A stretch of DNA of 64,000 nt from Azolla caroliniana. Its lineage: Eukaryota; Plantae; Polypodiophyta. Position numbers and translations under genes: made by a program. Location: positions 13,702,001 through 13,766,000 of the forward strand of contig JBHGNT010000002.1 in assembly GCA_043228905.1 (NCBI GenBank), written 5' to 3'. Positions 12,936-25,511 of the stretch are shown here, piece by piece; within the stretch, counting starts at the first letter, position 1; the number at the start of each line of letters is the position of its first letter. The notes under the pieces were generated by a model. That model was not told where the DNA came from, ran no database searches, and saw nothing but the letters and a program-made list of their open reading frames with translations.

Positions 12936-13526
12936 TGTCGTGTTGTTACGCTCACGCGTATGAAATAAGGCGGGACTGTAGGGGCCCTGAACCGAGGAGC
13001 GCGAGAGAGAAGAGGAAGAGAGATTCGCAGAAACATAGAGAGACAGAAATGAAAGAATCAATTCTTATAACAGTATAGATTATAGAGCTTGCAATGTTAC
13101 AACCGACAAGCCGGTGACAGACTCTACACAGACGAACACACGCACTGAAATACATGGTGGAGCCACCAACCTAACCCAAAATCCCTGCAAAAACAACGAT
13201 GACGGTGGAGAAGAGCTCGGTTCCCAGTCTGACAACACTTCATCCTCTCAAAACGTGCGATCCCTATTCCGACCCTTTTCCCCTCCCTTTATAGCACACG
13301 GAGAGAGAGTCGTTTACAGACTGTTCAATCACTGTTATTCTCTGCCTTTTCGGACAGAGATCCTCTTTGATTCCCTACTTAATGAATTAGTGCTACCAAG
13401 GATAATTACATCGTCGGCCTGTACTTAACTATGTATATAAATATATCAAAACATGTGCCCGTGTGTAAGGGCCTGTTCACGCACACCATCCACCGATTCC
13501 TCCTAGGGATGGTTTTCTGCACGACA
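12936..13526 (-). repeat. 5' LTR (591 bp) of the tRNA-Trp gypsy element
   Basis: 7-bp terminal inverted repeat; shares GGCGGGACTGTAGGGG...TGAACC with the solo LTR at 47589. Confidence 0.85.
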
Positions 13527-14739
13527 GCGGTTCTGGCTTGGTTGGTGTTGAGGATGAACATCCTCCCTTCACGGCACCCTTGCACGATTACTTGCCTTCT
13601 TCTTCGATGTAGCACCCGAGGTGCGTGAATCGAACTTGCATCCCCTGGTCGACAATCTAACCGACCAACACCAGGTTCTTGGTTATTGTCGGGACGTGCA
13701 ACATGTTCATAAGTTTCCCTTTCTGCCCGACGTGGCTGAGAGCAACTTCTCCGACATGTGCGATGGTATACGGAGTGTCGTCTCCCATTTCAACCACTCC
13801 TTGCTTTTCCGGTTTTTCCAAGTACGAGAACCATTCCTCATGACTCGTCATATTATTTGACGCTCCGGAATCAACATACCACACCTCGCTCGATTTCGAG
13901 GTGTTCACAGCCATCGAACTGGCCTTGTGCTTCATTACGAAGGTTGGGCCCGATCCAACTCCGGCTCGTTCGGAGCCTTCGGCATACTATGATTCCTGAA
14001 GCCCTATGGCGTCTCTTCCGCTCGATCCGGCTTTGTCCTTGAGATTCGCCCATATGTCCTTTGGCGTCTTAGCATCCCGAATGTAGCTCAAGAGCTAGTC
14101 ACTCACACAGCATGCAAAGCAGTAGAGAACTCTGCTTGCCGCTTGTTCCCAAGCCAAAAAAACACTATGTGTCAATTCGGGTGTTGTATCATTAGCTCCT
14201 TCGACATAACTCCGGTAACCATGACCAAGCAGATACTAGTGCATGTTGTACGACCAAGATGCGTAGTTGCTCATGTTGAGCTTCTCAATCGGTAGCAAGC
14301 TTCCCATTCCTTTGTCCATATTGTTGTCTTATCCTTTCCGAAAAACAATAACTTAACTCTGTCTTTATCGCAAGCTTTTTTGTCGGCTACAGAGGAGTCT
14401 CAACCCTAGCGCTTTGATACCATGTAAAAGAATACGTGTGCGGAAGCGTATGTGAAAGACACAGAGTACACTGTTCGGAAGTATGACAGTTCAGTAAAAC
14501 GCAAAAATCACAAAGAAAGAGAGAGAGAGAGAGAGCAAAAACGAAACTATATTCAAAATTATTTCTCTGTATGTTCTTTGTAAATACTTCGTGCTCAGTG
14601 AGCACCTTTTATACAAGCCCTGACAATTGGGCTGACACAAGTACTTACAGTACTTGACCGCTCATAAATGAGCATCCTACACTTACTCCCAAAATTATTC
14701 CTTACGAGGACTAACATTCTAACGGCCTCTCAGTTTACA
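13527..14739 (-). mobile_element. Ty1/copia fragment: 5' LTR (about 14423-14739), tRNA-iMet PBS, degraded gag/PR
   Basis: WYVDSGASNNMT protease motif; PBS TGGTATCAAAGC at 14411-14422 (-); LTR ends TGTAAA...TTTACA. Confidence 0.8.
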
Positions 14740-14807
14740 TACCGCTACGGCCATATTTTGCGTACGATTTTACGCACCCAATCTACGCGTTGGGTTACGC
14801 ACCCAAT

Positions 14808-17160
14808 GTTGAGCTTGTCTCTCACCAATGGACCTCGAGGTCGAGCAACTAGATGTCAAGAGGGGATTCTTGCACGGTGACCTCGAAGAAGAGATCTACA
14901 TTCAATAGCCGCAGGGATTTGTCAAGAAAGGGAAGGAGCACCTTGTATCCCGGTTGAAGAAGAGCTTATACAGACTAAAGCAAGCTCCTCGGCAATGGTA
15001 CCGGAATTTTGACTCCTTCATGACCGATCAAGCATACCACAAAATGTTGACCGACCACTGTGTATTTGTGCAAAAGTTTGACGGAGGAGACTTCCTTATA
15101 CTCCTGCTATATGTGGATGACGTGTTGATCGTCGGACCTGATCAAACCAAAATCGGGAATCTGAAGAAGGCCTTGAACCGGACCTTCTCAATGAAAGATT
15201 TGGGTTTGGCGAGATAGATATTGGGGATGGACATAGTCCAAAACCAGACGAAGAAGCTATTGTGGCTGTCACAGGAGAAGTACGTTGTCGTGCCTTTCGG
15301 CTCCGGATCGTTGCGTGAGTCGAATATGTATTTAGATTGAAAGAAAGATATAAGAAACTTGTGAATCCCACAAGTATAGATTATATTATTTTCGTGAATC
15401 CCACGATTATATTAATCGGTTGGTGTTTTCGGAAATATATCCAATTTCCAAATATTTCACACACAATTACATTGTGCTCCCCATCCTTATGTAGTGATGA
15501 GGAAGTCTTAGTAATCCATGCTTTTTCTCTAACTATAGACCCCATGCTTTTCCTATAGATAGACTATATGCTTTATCTAAAGTGATCATGCTTTTTCTAA
15601 CTTGTGCGTTTTTTTATTTATTTATTGACTATAGTGTTCATGCACGTTACATGTGCATTTGTAGCTTTTTCTTTTATTATGCGTTTTTCTAAAGTTTATC
15701 CTAGCGTGAACTTACGTTTCTATATGGAACATCTACTTTTTTAACACTAATAAAATGCTAGTGTAATGGTAAGACATTACATTATTAACGTGGAGGTGCA
15801 AGGTTCGAATCTTGCCCTATGCACGTTCCATTTATTTTGCTATTTTCTTCTATTTCTTCATTTTTTATTGAATCTAATACTATATACGTTTTTCACGTAG
15901 TGTACAAAATACACTACGACAACGTGACGAAGGTGCTCCAACGGTTCAACATGACGAATGCGAACCCGGTCAGATCGACACTCCCGACAAATTGCAAGTT
16001 GTCTGGAAAACAAAGTTCAAAGACAAATTCGGAGAAGTCGGAGAAGATGAAGGTACCATATGCTTCCGTCGTCGGAAGCCTAATGTATGCAATGGTGTGT
16101 ACCCGGCCGGATATCGAATATGCAGTCAAAGTGTTCGGCCGGTTCATGAGCAATCCGGGAAGAGAGCACTGGATAGCGGTCAAGTGGATACTCCAGTACT
16201 TGAAAGGCACCTCGAGTATGTGCCTCTGATTCGGCTCAGGAAAACCCCAACTTGAAGGATACATTGATTTGGATATGTCGACTGATGCGAATACCAGCCG
16301 GTCCACATCCGGATACATCATGATGTATGCAGGGGGAGCCATATCGTGACACTGTTGACAACAGACGTGGAGTATATGGCAGTCGTGGAAGTCGGCAGAG
16401 AAGTAATCCGGATGAAGGACTTCATAGGAGAGTTAGGGATCCGGCAGGAGGAATTCCGGCTCTACTGCAATAGTCAAAGTGCCATCCACCTCGCGAAGAA
16501 CATAGCCTACCACTCCCAGACTAAGCACATGTAGAGGAGATATCACTGGCTCCGGGAGAAGGTAGACGATAAAGAGTTTTTGTTGACGAAGATTCATACA
16601 GAGGAGAACGGGTCGGACATGTTGACCAAGGTGTTGTCAACGGACAAGTTGGACATGTGCAAGAGATGGATCAGATTGACAAGACATCCCATGCCGGAGT
16701 GAAGGGGGAGTTTGTTGGCAATTCGGTCCCTCCAAATGGGATCCATATGAGAATCGAACGAGCCGAAGGAGGGAAGCGGACTAGACGGATCTAGAAGGTA
16801 TCCGGTGTGAACCGGATCCAAGGACATATCTGTAAATATTTTTCTAGAGTGTGTGTCATGGCCATATTTGTAAAGTCCTAAAGTCATAAAAGTATAAATA
16901 TGACTTAAGGCAATCACTTAGATGATGACGTTGTTATCGTTGTATAGAGATGGATAGAGAGACACACACACACACATACAGAAAGTTTTCTGTTGTAACC
17001 GTCGATTGGCGAAGACATAGAGCTTGAGGTCATTGCCCCTGAGTATTGCATTGTACCCTCCTTCTCATAGTGATAGTTGGATTCTGTAGGCTCCCGTGGT
17101 TTTTCATGATTAGGGTTATCCATAGTAACATCTTGTGTCGTCTCTGTTGTTTGTGTTCAT
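14808..17160 (+). mobile_element. Ty1/copia 3' fragment: RT, RNase H, PPT and 3' LTR starting at 16713 (end uncertain)
   Basis: LKQAPRQWY, LYVDD, CTRPDI and SAIHLAKN motifs; PPT GAAGGGGGAG at 16701-16710 followed by TGTTGG. Confidence 0.85.
15286..15921. mobile_element. Solo LTR-like insertion (636 bp) with 4-bp TSD ACGT, inside copia RT
   Basis: TGTCGT...ACGACA termini; ACGT at 15282-15285 and 15922-15925; removing it restores the copia RT frame EKYVTKV. Confidence 0.85.
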
Positions 17161-17980
17161 TAGGAATCTTGTCTACCATGTGAGGACGAAACATATTGAG
17201 GTGTGATTTCATCATATCCAAGAGCTCGTAACAAAGAAGAAGCTCGAAGTTCGGAAGATTGACAACGAGATGAACATCGACGATTGCCTAATGAAGCCAC
17301 TCCCAAATCAACGCTTCAAAGCACTGAGGGCAACGATGGGACTAAGACAAGTGATCGAGCAGAAGAGAGCCAAACAAACAATAGCAGCAGGTAAGTCGAT
17401 GACCAACCCAATCAGACGAATTCAGCCCCACTCAACCGACTCAACCGAGAGAGTCGGCCAAAGTTCTAACCGGCCGAGGAGGGAAAATCAATAGCGGTCG
17501 AAGTCGAGGAATAGTCCATCAAGTGCTTTCCACACCCACTGCAGAAAGTCTGGCCAAAATGTTTCCAACTACTGGTCGATAAAGAGATAGGAGAACGGTC
17601 GGTGATTCACTCAGACACAAGGGCAATCTAATTCGAACCATTCTCCAATGGCAACCAAGTCAATGTTGCTGAATCCCGGTCCGGAGAAGTTCTCTCTTTG
17701 GAAGATATGATCGGTGAAGTCCTATATAGTGCGCAAGAAGCACGAATATGGTTGTTGAACTCAGGCGTCACATTTCATGTAACCCCCAATATCGAATGGT
17801 TTTCGAACTATTCAATTGGCGCCTACAGCACAGTCTAACTCTGTAATGGGCAGGAGTGCCAAATCGAAGGGATCAGAGAAGTCCCCATTCAATTGTTGAA
17901 TGGTAATACGATCACCCTGCATCGAGTCTGGCATGTACCTGAGCTAAACTAGAGTCTGGTCTCCATCAATATGCTAGTTG

Positions 17981-18001
17981 AACCCTAAACCCTAAACCCT
18001 A
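17981..18001. repeat. Three plant telomere-type repeats (CCCTAAA)
   Basis: AACCCTAAACCCTAAACCCTA at a deletion junction in copia pol. Confidence 0.8.
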
Positions 18002-19553
18002 TATGTGGGCCAATGCCCGAAAGGTCACTAGGAGGCTCCTAGTACTTCATCATGTTCGTAGATGATTGTACACGGAAGGTTTGAGCCTACTCGATTAAGT
18101 CAAAAGACGAAGCACTCGAGGTCTTCACTCGATGGTTAACCGAAGTGGAGAACTGAACAAGATACGAGTGAAGACACTCAGGTTCGACAACGAAGGTGAA
18201 TACACCTCCCGAGCCTTCAAACAATACCTATCCGAAAAAGGAATCCGGCATCAGAAAAACATTCCATACTTTCCCATGTAGAATGGTGTGGTGGAACATA
18301 TGAATCGGACAATCCAAGAGAGGGTGATGGCAATGCTCCAGCAATCTAGACTAAAGCTAGAATTCTGGGCCAAGCATTGCAAACGGCAGTCAACTTGATA
18401 AATTTGTCACCATCAATAGTAATCTGGCTCGAAGTGCCACTGGCACTATGGTCTGGCAAATATCCGACCTACGACAAGCTTCGAATTTTCGAAAGCGAAG
18501 CCTATGCGTTCATCCCTAGGGATAAAAGGACCAAGTTGGCACCGCATGCACTGAAGTGTATATTTCTCAATTATGGAACCGATGGGGAATTTGAATATCG
18601 GCTATGGGATCCGGAGAACTGGAAATTGATCCAGAGCAACAGTGTAGTCTTCAATGAAGACTCGATACTCTCCAACCCGATCCAACCTAAGAAAGTCTGC
18701 AAAAAAGGTCTCATTTGACCTTGATAGATTGGTCATAGAAGGGCCGACCAAACAAGCCGAATCGGCGATTTGACAAACTGTCAAAAACAACCACGACAGT
18801 GACCTCCCTACCGAATCGGAATCGGCTAGAGGTCCACTAGTCAAAATTAAGAGATTGACAAGGACTAAATCAGCAAAGATAGTTGAATGGACAAAAGGGG
18901 GAAAATCGGCAAAAATCGATAAAACCAAAAGGCAACGATCGGGTGTTGAGGAGCAATCAAGTAGAAATCAGAAGACTAAAGCGGAGCCTTCACAATAAAT
19001 TTTTGATGAAGGAACTCGGACAAGCCTGACACATCTTGGGCATTAGGATCAAGCGAAATCGGATGTCAAAGACTCTCCGCCTCTCCCAGTCTGATTATAT
19101 CCAAAAGGTGCTCAGAAGGTTTAACATGGAGGACACTAAACCAGTACCGAGTCCACCCCCAACCTCGACACAACTAATAGATAGGGACTCTCCTCCAACT
19201 AACTAGGAGAGAAATGTTAATGGAAAGATACCCTACGCATCGGCCGTAGGAAGTATCATGTACGCAATGGTGGCAACCTGACCTAACCTTGCATATATCA
19301 TAGGGATCATCAATCGGTACATGCTGAACCCAGGATGGAAGCATTGCGAGGCAGTCAAGCACATCTTTCAATATCTATGAGGAACATACGAAGTACAACT
19401 GACTTCGGCCAATCCAACCAAAGGCGAAGGCTATACAAACTTTGACTACGACGGCAATCTGGACAATCGGAAGTCAACATCAGGCTATATATTCATCTAT
19501 GGTGGGGTTGCCATATCATGGAGGTCAAAATTGCAAGAGTGAATGGCCTTGTC

Positions 19554-22500
19554 TGTTGAGAAATGAATCATCAATCCGCTAGAAAAAGGAATATGATGAA
19601 ATACACAACTCTAAAGCACAGAAAAGAGTGTACACAGATTTAATGTGGAAACCCTAAAGCGGGATAAAACCACGGAGAATGGAGCTTCACTATACAATGG
19701 ATATACAACAACGAGATCATAGTACAACACTCTCCCTACACATAGTGTAAACAGCCTCTCAGGGCTCTTGGCATATGCTGTTACTAAACACAACTATGGC
19801 GCCGCTCACTCTCTCTCACGCTCTCACACACACACTCTTCTCTATTGTGTTACACTACAGAGGCTCACACATCTATCTCTCTATATGTTCTTTTTGCCCT
19901 AGGTGTATTTATACTAATACAAAGAATGGGTTGTTTATAATCATGGCCATTATTATTATCCAATAAAAATAATAATAGTCTTACTAATCAACGACTCGTT
20001 CGTCGATTGTCTAGTCGGCCTGGTCATCGACCATCCGGTCGGCCCGACTGGCCGATCATGTTTTCGACCTTGATAAACTCTCTCTAAGTCGACTCCTCAA
20101 CCTTCAGCTCTCATCCGATCAGTTGGCTGCTTCCTGTCTTCGATTGTCGGCTCTCTCCGCGCAGTCGGCTCCTCCCACTAGAGGGACATATTCCTAACAA
20201 ACTCCCCCTTCACTCCTGTGGGGAGGAGTCCATTATTCCTATCCTTTGTCGACAAACTCTGAGTCGGGTCATCGGTAGGTTCTTTGTCAACATGTCGGAT
20301 CCATTATCGTCAGTATGGATCTTCACGAGGGTAAACTCACCTTCTTCGACTCTCCCATAGCTAGTGATACCTTCTCTTTATGTGCTTGGTCCGGGAGAGG
20401 TATGCAACATTCTTGGCCAGATGTATGGCACTTTGGCTGTCATAGTGAAGCAAGAAATCCTTTTGCGTCATCCCCAACTCGCTGAGAAAATTTCTCATCC
20501 AAATCAGCTCCTTGTCGGCCTCTATCGGTGCCATGTACTCTGCCTCTGTGGTCGACAAGGCCATAGACTTCTACAGTCATGACTGCCACGACACTGCTCC
20601 CCCTGCATAGGTCATCACATACCCTGACGTGGATCAGCTTGAGTCTACATCCCCGACATGTCTGAGTCAGTAAACCCTTCGAGCATGGGTTTTCCGACAC
20701 CATACTTAAGACACACACCTGAGGTGCCTTTTAAATACCTGAGTATCCATTTCATTGTTGCTCAGTGTTCTCGTCCTGGATTACTCATGTATTGACTCAC
20801 TGTTCCCACAGCAAGTGCAATGCCTAGTCTCGTACAGACCATAGCATACATTAAGTTGCCGATAGCTAAGGCATATGGTATTTTCCTCATCTCAACCTTT
20901 TCTTTCTCCCCTCTCAGGCATTGCTTTGCATTTAGCTTGCAGTTAGTCAGTTACACAGAGCCTACCGGCTCTGCTTCTGACATGTTGAATCTTTCTAGGA
21001 TCTTAGTCACGTATTTCTCTTGTGACAACCACAACACTTTCTTAGTTCTATCTCGAACTATGTGCATCCCTAAGATCTGTTTAGCCAGTCCAAGATCTTT
21101 CATGGCAAACGATTTGTCTTGAGCTTTCTTCAAGCTTCCGATCTTCCTTGTATCTTGACCGATTATAAACATGTCATCTACATAGCAAGAAAATCAAGAA
21201 GTCACCTTCGTCGTACCTTTTTACAAACACACAGTGATCAGCCCGTGTTTTCTGGAACCTATGTTCCACCATGAAGGACTTGAACTTCTTGTACCATTGG
21301 CGTGGAGCTTGTTTCAACTCATACAAGCTTTTCTTTAGTCGACACACCAGGTTCTCTTTCCCTTTCTCCTCAAAACCTTCGGGTTGCTGCATGTAAATCT
21401 CTTCATCCAACTCCCCGTGCAAGAATGTTGTCTTGGAATCCAACTGTTCGATCTCCAGATCCATACTAGCAGTTATGCTCAGAACTGTTCTAATGGATGT
21501 CATCTTCACGACTGGGGTGAATATTTCGTCAAAGTTGACACCCTTTTTCTGTTGGAACCCCTTCATCACACCCTTTATACCTATGCGTGTTTTCAACTTC
21601 TCCAGTCTTCACCTTGTAAACCCATTTGTTCCTAAGTGATCTCTTACCTTTCGGTAGCTCTACTAGGTCGTAGGTATAATTCTCATGTAGAGAGTCCATC
21701 TCATCCTGCATTGCGCTCAACCCTTTTTCTTTGTGCTTGTCGGCAATGGCTTTGTCATAGCAGTCGGGTTCACCTTCATCAGTCAAGAGGATGTATTCAC
21801 TGGCATATGTCGTCGGTGCTCTCCTTTCTCTGAGTGGGTATCTCCTTCCACTCTTTGTTGGCCCTCGTTTGGATGTCTCTGCCAACTCTTCTCTTGGTCC
21901 ATTCATGTCGATCGGTTGTCGGATGTCCACTGACTCTGATTTGTATTCATCAATCGACTTTAACAGATTTGCCAACTCAAACTCATAGTCGGTCTGTCTC
22001 TCCGAGTCGACTGACTCGGATTCGGCTATGTTGATTGGCTATCTCTGAATAGCCAACTGTGTCAATTCACTTGGCCTCAAGTCGATAGTAGTGGAGGTTG
22101 GTTGGTTAGTCAATTCCGACTTTTGTTGCTTCCAGTCCTCTATGGTCTTGTCTTCCAAGAAGACTATGTCCCAACTCCTCACTACCTTCTTGTCGACTAG
22201 GTCCCAAAGCCTATAGCCAAACTCATCTTCTGAGTATCCCATGAATATGCATGGTTTTGACTTACTGTCAAGCTTTGACCGCTAATCCTTAGCTACATGC
22301 ATATACCCTAGGCATCCAAACACCCTCAGGTGTCGGTAGGAGACATCCGTTCCCGTCCACACCCTTTGTGGGACGTCACCTTTCAATGGTACTGAGGGGG
22401 ACTTGTTGATCAGATAAACAACCGTGTACATCACCTCAGCCTAGTATATTTTTGGCAGTTTAGCATGCAACATCATGCTCCTTACTCTCTCCATGATTGT

Positions 22501-25500
22501 CTGGTTCATCCTCTCTGCAAGCTCGTTCAACTTAGGGGTCTTCGGTACTGTGTATTCGATTCGAATACCTTGGGCCTTGCAGTATTCCTTGAACTACCCT
22601 TTATATTCGCCACCATTGTCAGTTCGGACAGCCTTCAACTTCCGACCTGACTCCCGTTCAGCTCTTGTCTGAAACTCCTTGAAAAATGAAAGTACTGGGT
22701 CTTTTGACTTTAGTACGAAAGCCCACAACTTCCGACTGTAGTCGTCAATGAAAGTCACAAAGTACTGCCCACCTCGATGCGACAGGGCATCTACATATCA
22801 CACATCCGTGTGTACCAGTTCCAGTGCAGCTTCTCTTCTTCTTGCTGACCGTGTGTGGAATGTTGCTCTGTTCTGCTTTTCGACAAAGTAGTCGATGCAC
22901 TTCTCCAGGTGCACATCCCTTTACTTCTGGTAGAAGCTTCTGGCCAACCAACAGATGTAGTCCCTTCTCACTCATGTGGCCTAGCCTCTTATGCCATATC
23001 TATCCTACCGAGTCGGCTGCCACATTCACTTCCGACTTGCATAGTCAGGCTTGCATCATATACAATGTGCCTTCCATCTATGTTGGGGCCACTATAAGAT
23101 TTCCTCGGCAGAACTTCCATTTCCCATTTCGGAAGCTACCATTGTAGCCTTTGTCGTCCAATCTTCCAGTCGATATCAGATTCAATTTGATATCGGGGAG
23201 GTGTCAAACATCCTTTAGAGTCAGTCGACACCCTGTCAACGTCATCAGGCAGATACTTCCAATTCCTACTATCTTGCACTCCCCACTATCACCCATCTTT
23301 ACATAACCATGATCACCAGCTATGTAAGTCGAGAAATACTCTCTCGATGGAGTTATGTGGAAGGATGCACCGGAATCGATCACCCAAGTGCATTCTTCAC
23401 TTGCAAGATTTGCACTTGTCTATTCACAAATGAAGAAAAGTTTTTCATTGCTCATAGCAATGGCTGAAGTGTTCTTTTCTTCAGGAATCTTCCTGGGTTT
23501 GACATTATTACCGACACTCTTTTCCTTCTTGAGGTGTCGGTAGTCCTTCTTGAAATGTCCAGGCTTTCCATAATAAAAGCATGCGAGCTTACCTCTAGAC
23601 TTCGACCTGGCTTGAGACTTCTCTCCTTGGTGGACTTCTTTGCAGGTTCCTTCCTCTGCCGATGTGTTGAGTCAAATTTGACTCCGACTGAACTAGGACA
23701 CCCTTGTCCTTCCTTCTCACTTCCTCATTTAGGATGCTTGTCTTCACTGCTTGTAAAGACAAGTTCTCTTCTTGACAAGATGTGATGAGAGTAACCACCA
23801 GGTTCTCCCAACTATCCGACAGTGTGCACATCAACAGGATGGCCTGCATAGCATCATCAAGGGGAAATTTGGTTGCACCAAGTTGATTTACATACCCCAT
23901 GAATATGTTGATGTGTTCGACGATGCTCTCACCATCTCTGTATTTTAGCCGTATGATCTTTCTTATCAGTGAGGTTTTATTGAGGGCATTCTTCCTCTCA
24001 TATAGACCTGAAAGCTTCTGCCACATCTCGTGGGCATTTGTGTCGTTCGCCACATGTTGAAGGACACTTACATCGATGCACTATCGGATGGTGGCCACCG
24101 CCTTTTTGTTAAGAAGTTTCCATTTCGACTCTAATACCCCCGTGGGTATTTGTGCTTTGTGAATCGGCTCGTATAGATCTTTGACTATGAGAAGGTCCTC
24201 CATCTTTATCTTCCAGTCTGCATAGTTTTGAGAGTTTAGGAAGCCACTCACACCTCCTTCCATGCTTGCACCTCAAGCTCTTATACTAGTTTGTTGAGAA
24301 ACGAATCGTCAATCCGCTAGAAAAAGGAATATGCTGAAATACACAACTCTAAAGCACAGAAAAGAGTGTACACAGATTTAACGTGGAAACCCTAAAGCGG
24401 GAGAAAACAACGAAGAACGAAGCTTCACTATACAATGGATATACAACAACGAGATCAGAGTACAACACTCTCCCTACACATAGTGTAAACAGCCTCTCAG
24501 GGCTCTTGGCGTATGTTGTTACTAAACACAACTATGGCGCCGCTCACTCTCTCTCACGCTCTCACACACACACTCTTCTCTATTGCGCTACACTACAGAG
24601 GCTCACACATCTATCTCTCTATATGTTATGTTTGCCCAAGGTGTATTTATACTAATACAAAGAATGGGCTATTTACAATCATGTCCATTATTATTATCCA
24701 ATAATAATAATAATAGTCTTACTAATCAGCTGACTCTCGTCGTCTATTGGGTCGGTCCGACTGGCTGGTAGTGTCTTCGACCTCGATAAAATCTCCCTAA
24801 GTCGACTCCTCAACCGTTAGATTGTTGGCTCTCTCCGAGCAGTCGGCTCCTCCCACTAGAGGGACATATTCCTAACAAACTCCCCCTTCACTCATGTGGG
24901 GAGGAGTATGGATCTTCACGAGGGTAAACTCACCTTATTCGACTTTCTCCCGTAGCCAATGATACCTTCTCTATATGTGCTTGGTCCGGGAATGGTATGC
25001 AACATTCTTGGCTAGATGTATGGCACTCTGGCTGTCATAGTGAAGCAAGAAATCCTTTTGCGTCATCCCCAACTCGCTGAGAAAGTTTCTCATCCAAATC
25101 AGGTCCTTGTCGGCCTCTATCGGTGCCATGTACTTTGCCTCTATGGTTGACAAGGCCACAAACTTCGGCAGTCGTGACTGCCATGACACTACTCCCCCTA
25201 CATAGGTCATCACGTACCCTGATGTGGATCGGCTTGAGTCTACATCCCTGACATGTCCAAGTTGGTAAACCCTTCGAGCATGGGTTTTCCGACACCATAC
25301 TAATGAGTTGACTCATTCGTCAACTGTCAAGTCGATTCGACTAGTCGGCCTGGTCATCGACCATTTGGTCGGCACGACTGGTCGGTTGTGTCTTCGACCT
25401 CGATAAACTCTCTCTGAGTTGACTCCTCAACTGTCGGCTGTCATCCGATCAATCGGTTGCTCCCTATCTTCGACTATCGGCTCCTCCCACTAGAGGGACA

Positions 25501-25511
25501 TATTCCTAATA
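19554..25511 (-). mobile_element. Ty1/copia insertion with three LTR copies, TSD TTGTC
   Basis: LTRs at 19554-20199, 24292-24877 and partial about 25300-25511; TTGTC at 19549-19553 and 25512-25516; PPTs at 20200 and 24878; degenerate iMet PBS near 24277-24289. Confidence 0.92.
20215..24263 (-). pseudogene. copia gag-pol, disrupted
   Basis: gag (NYADWKIKMEDLL), PR (WVIDSGASFH), INT (GYRLWD), RT (LKQAPRQWY) and RH (ALSTTEAEY), broken by stops and frameshifts. Confidence 0.88.

Larger units (their letters stand above)
9242..13526 (-). mobile_element. Ty3/gypsy LTR retrotransposon, 5' half (LTR, tRNA-Trp PBS, gag, PR, RT), interrupted by E1
   Basis: RT ORF 9236-10090 (LRFIQDL, LPQGGTNSVAH, PFLDNIP), PR-like LVDHGLEINLM, knuckle CLWCDAVSHVRKDC; LTR 12936-13526 with TGTCGTG...CACGACA ends. 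Confidence 0.9.

Noticed and set aside
14740-14807. TACGCACCCAAT repeated twice with a partial inverted copy
   Set aside because: Too short to call a repeat array or element; most likely filler at a TE junction.
15759-15823. Functional tRNA gene (also 50469-50537 and 8740-8779)
   Set aside because: A/B boxes or 3' ends are present, but I could not form a complete cloverleaf with an acceptor stem and anticodon arm.
19980-20180. Recurring GTCGAC/AGTCGG motifs as CRISPR-like or regulatory arrays
   Set aside because: No regular repeat-spacer period; eukaryotic copia LTR low-complexity sequence.
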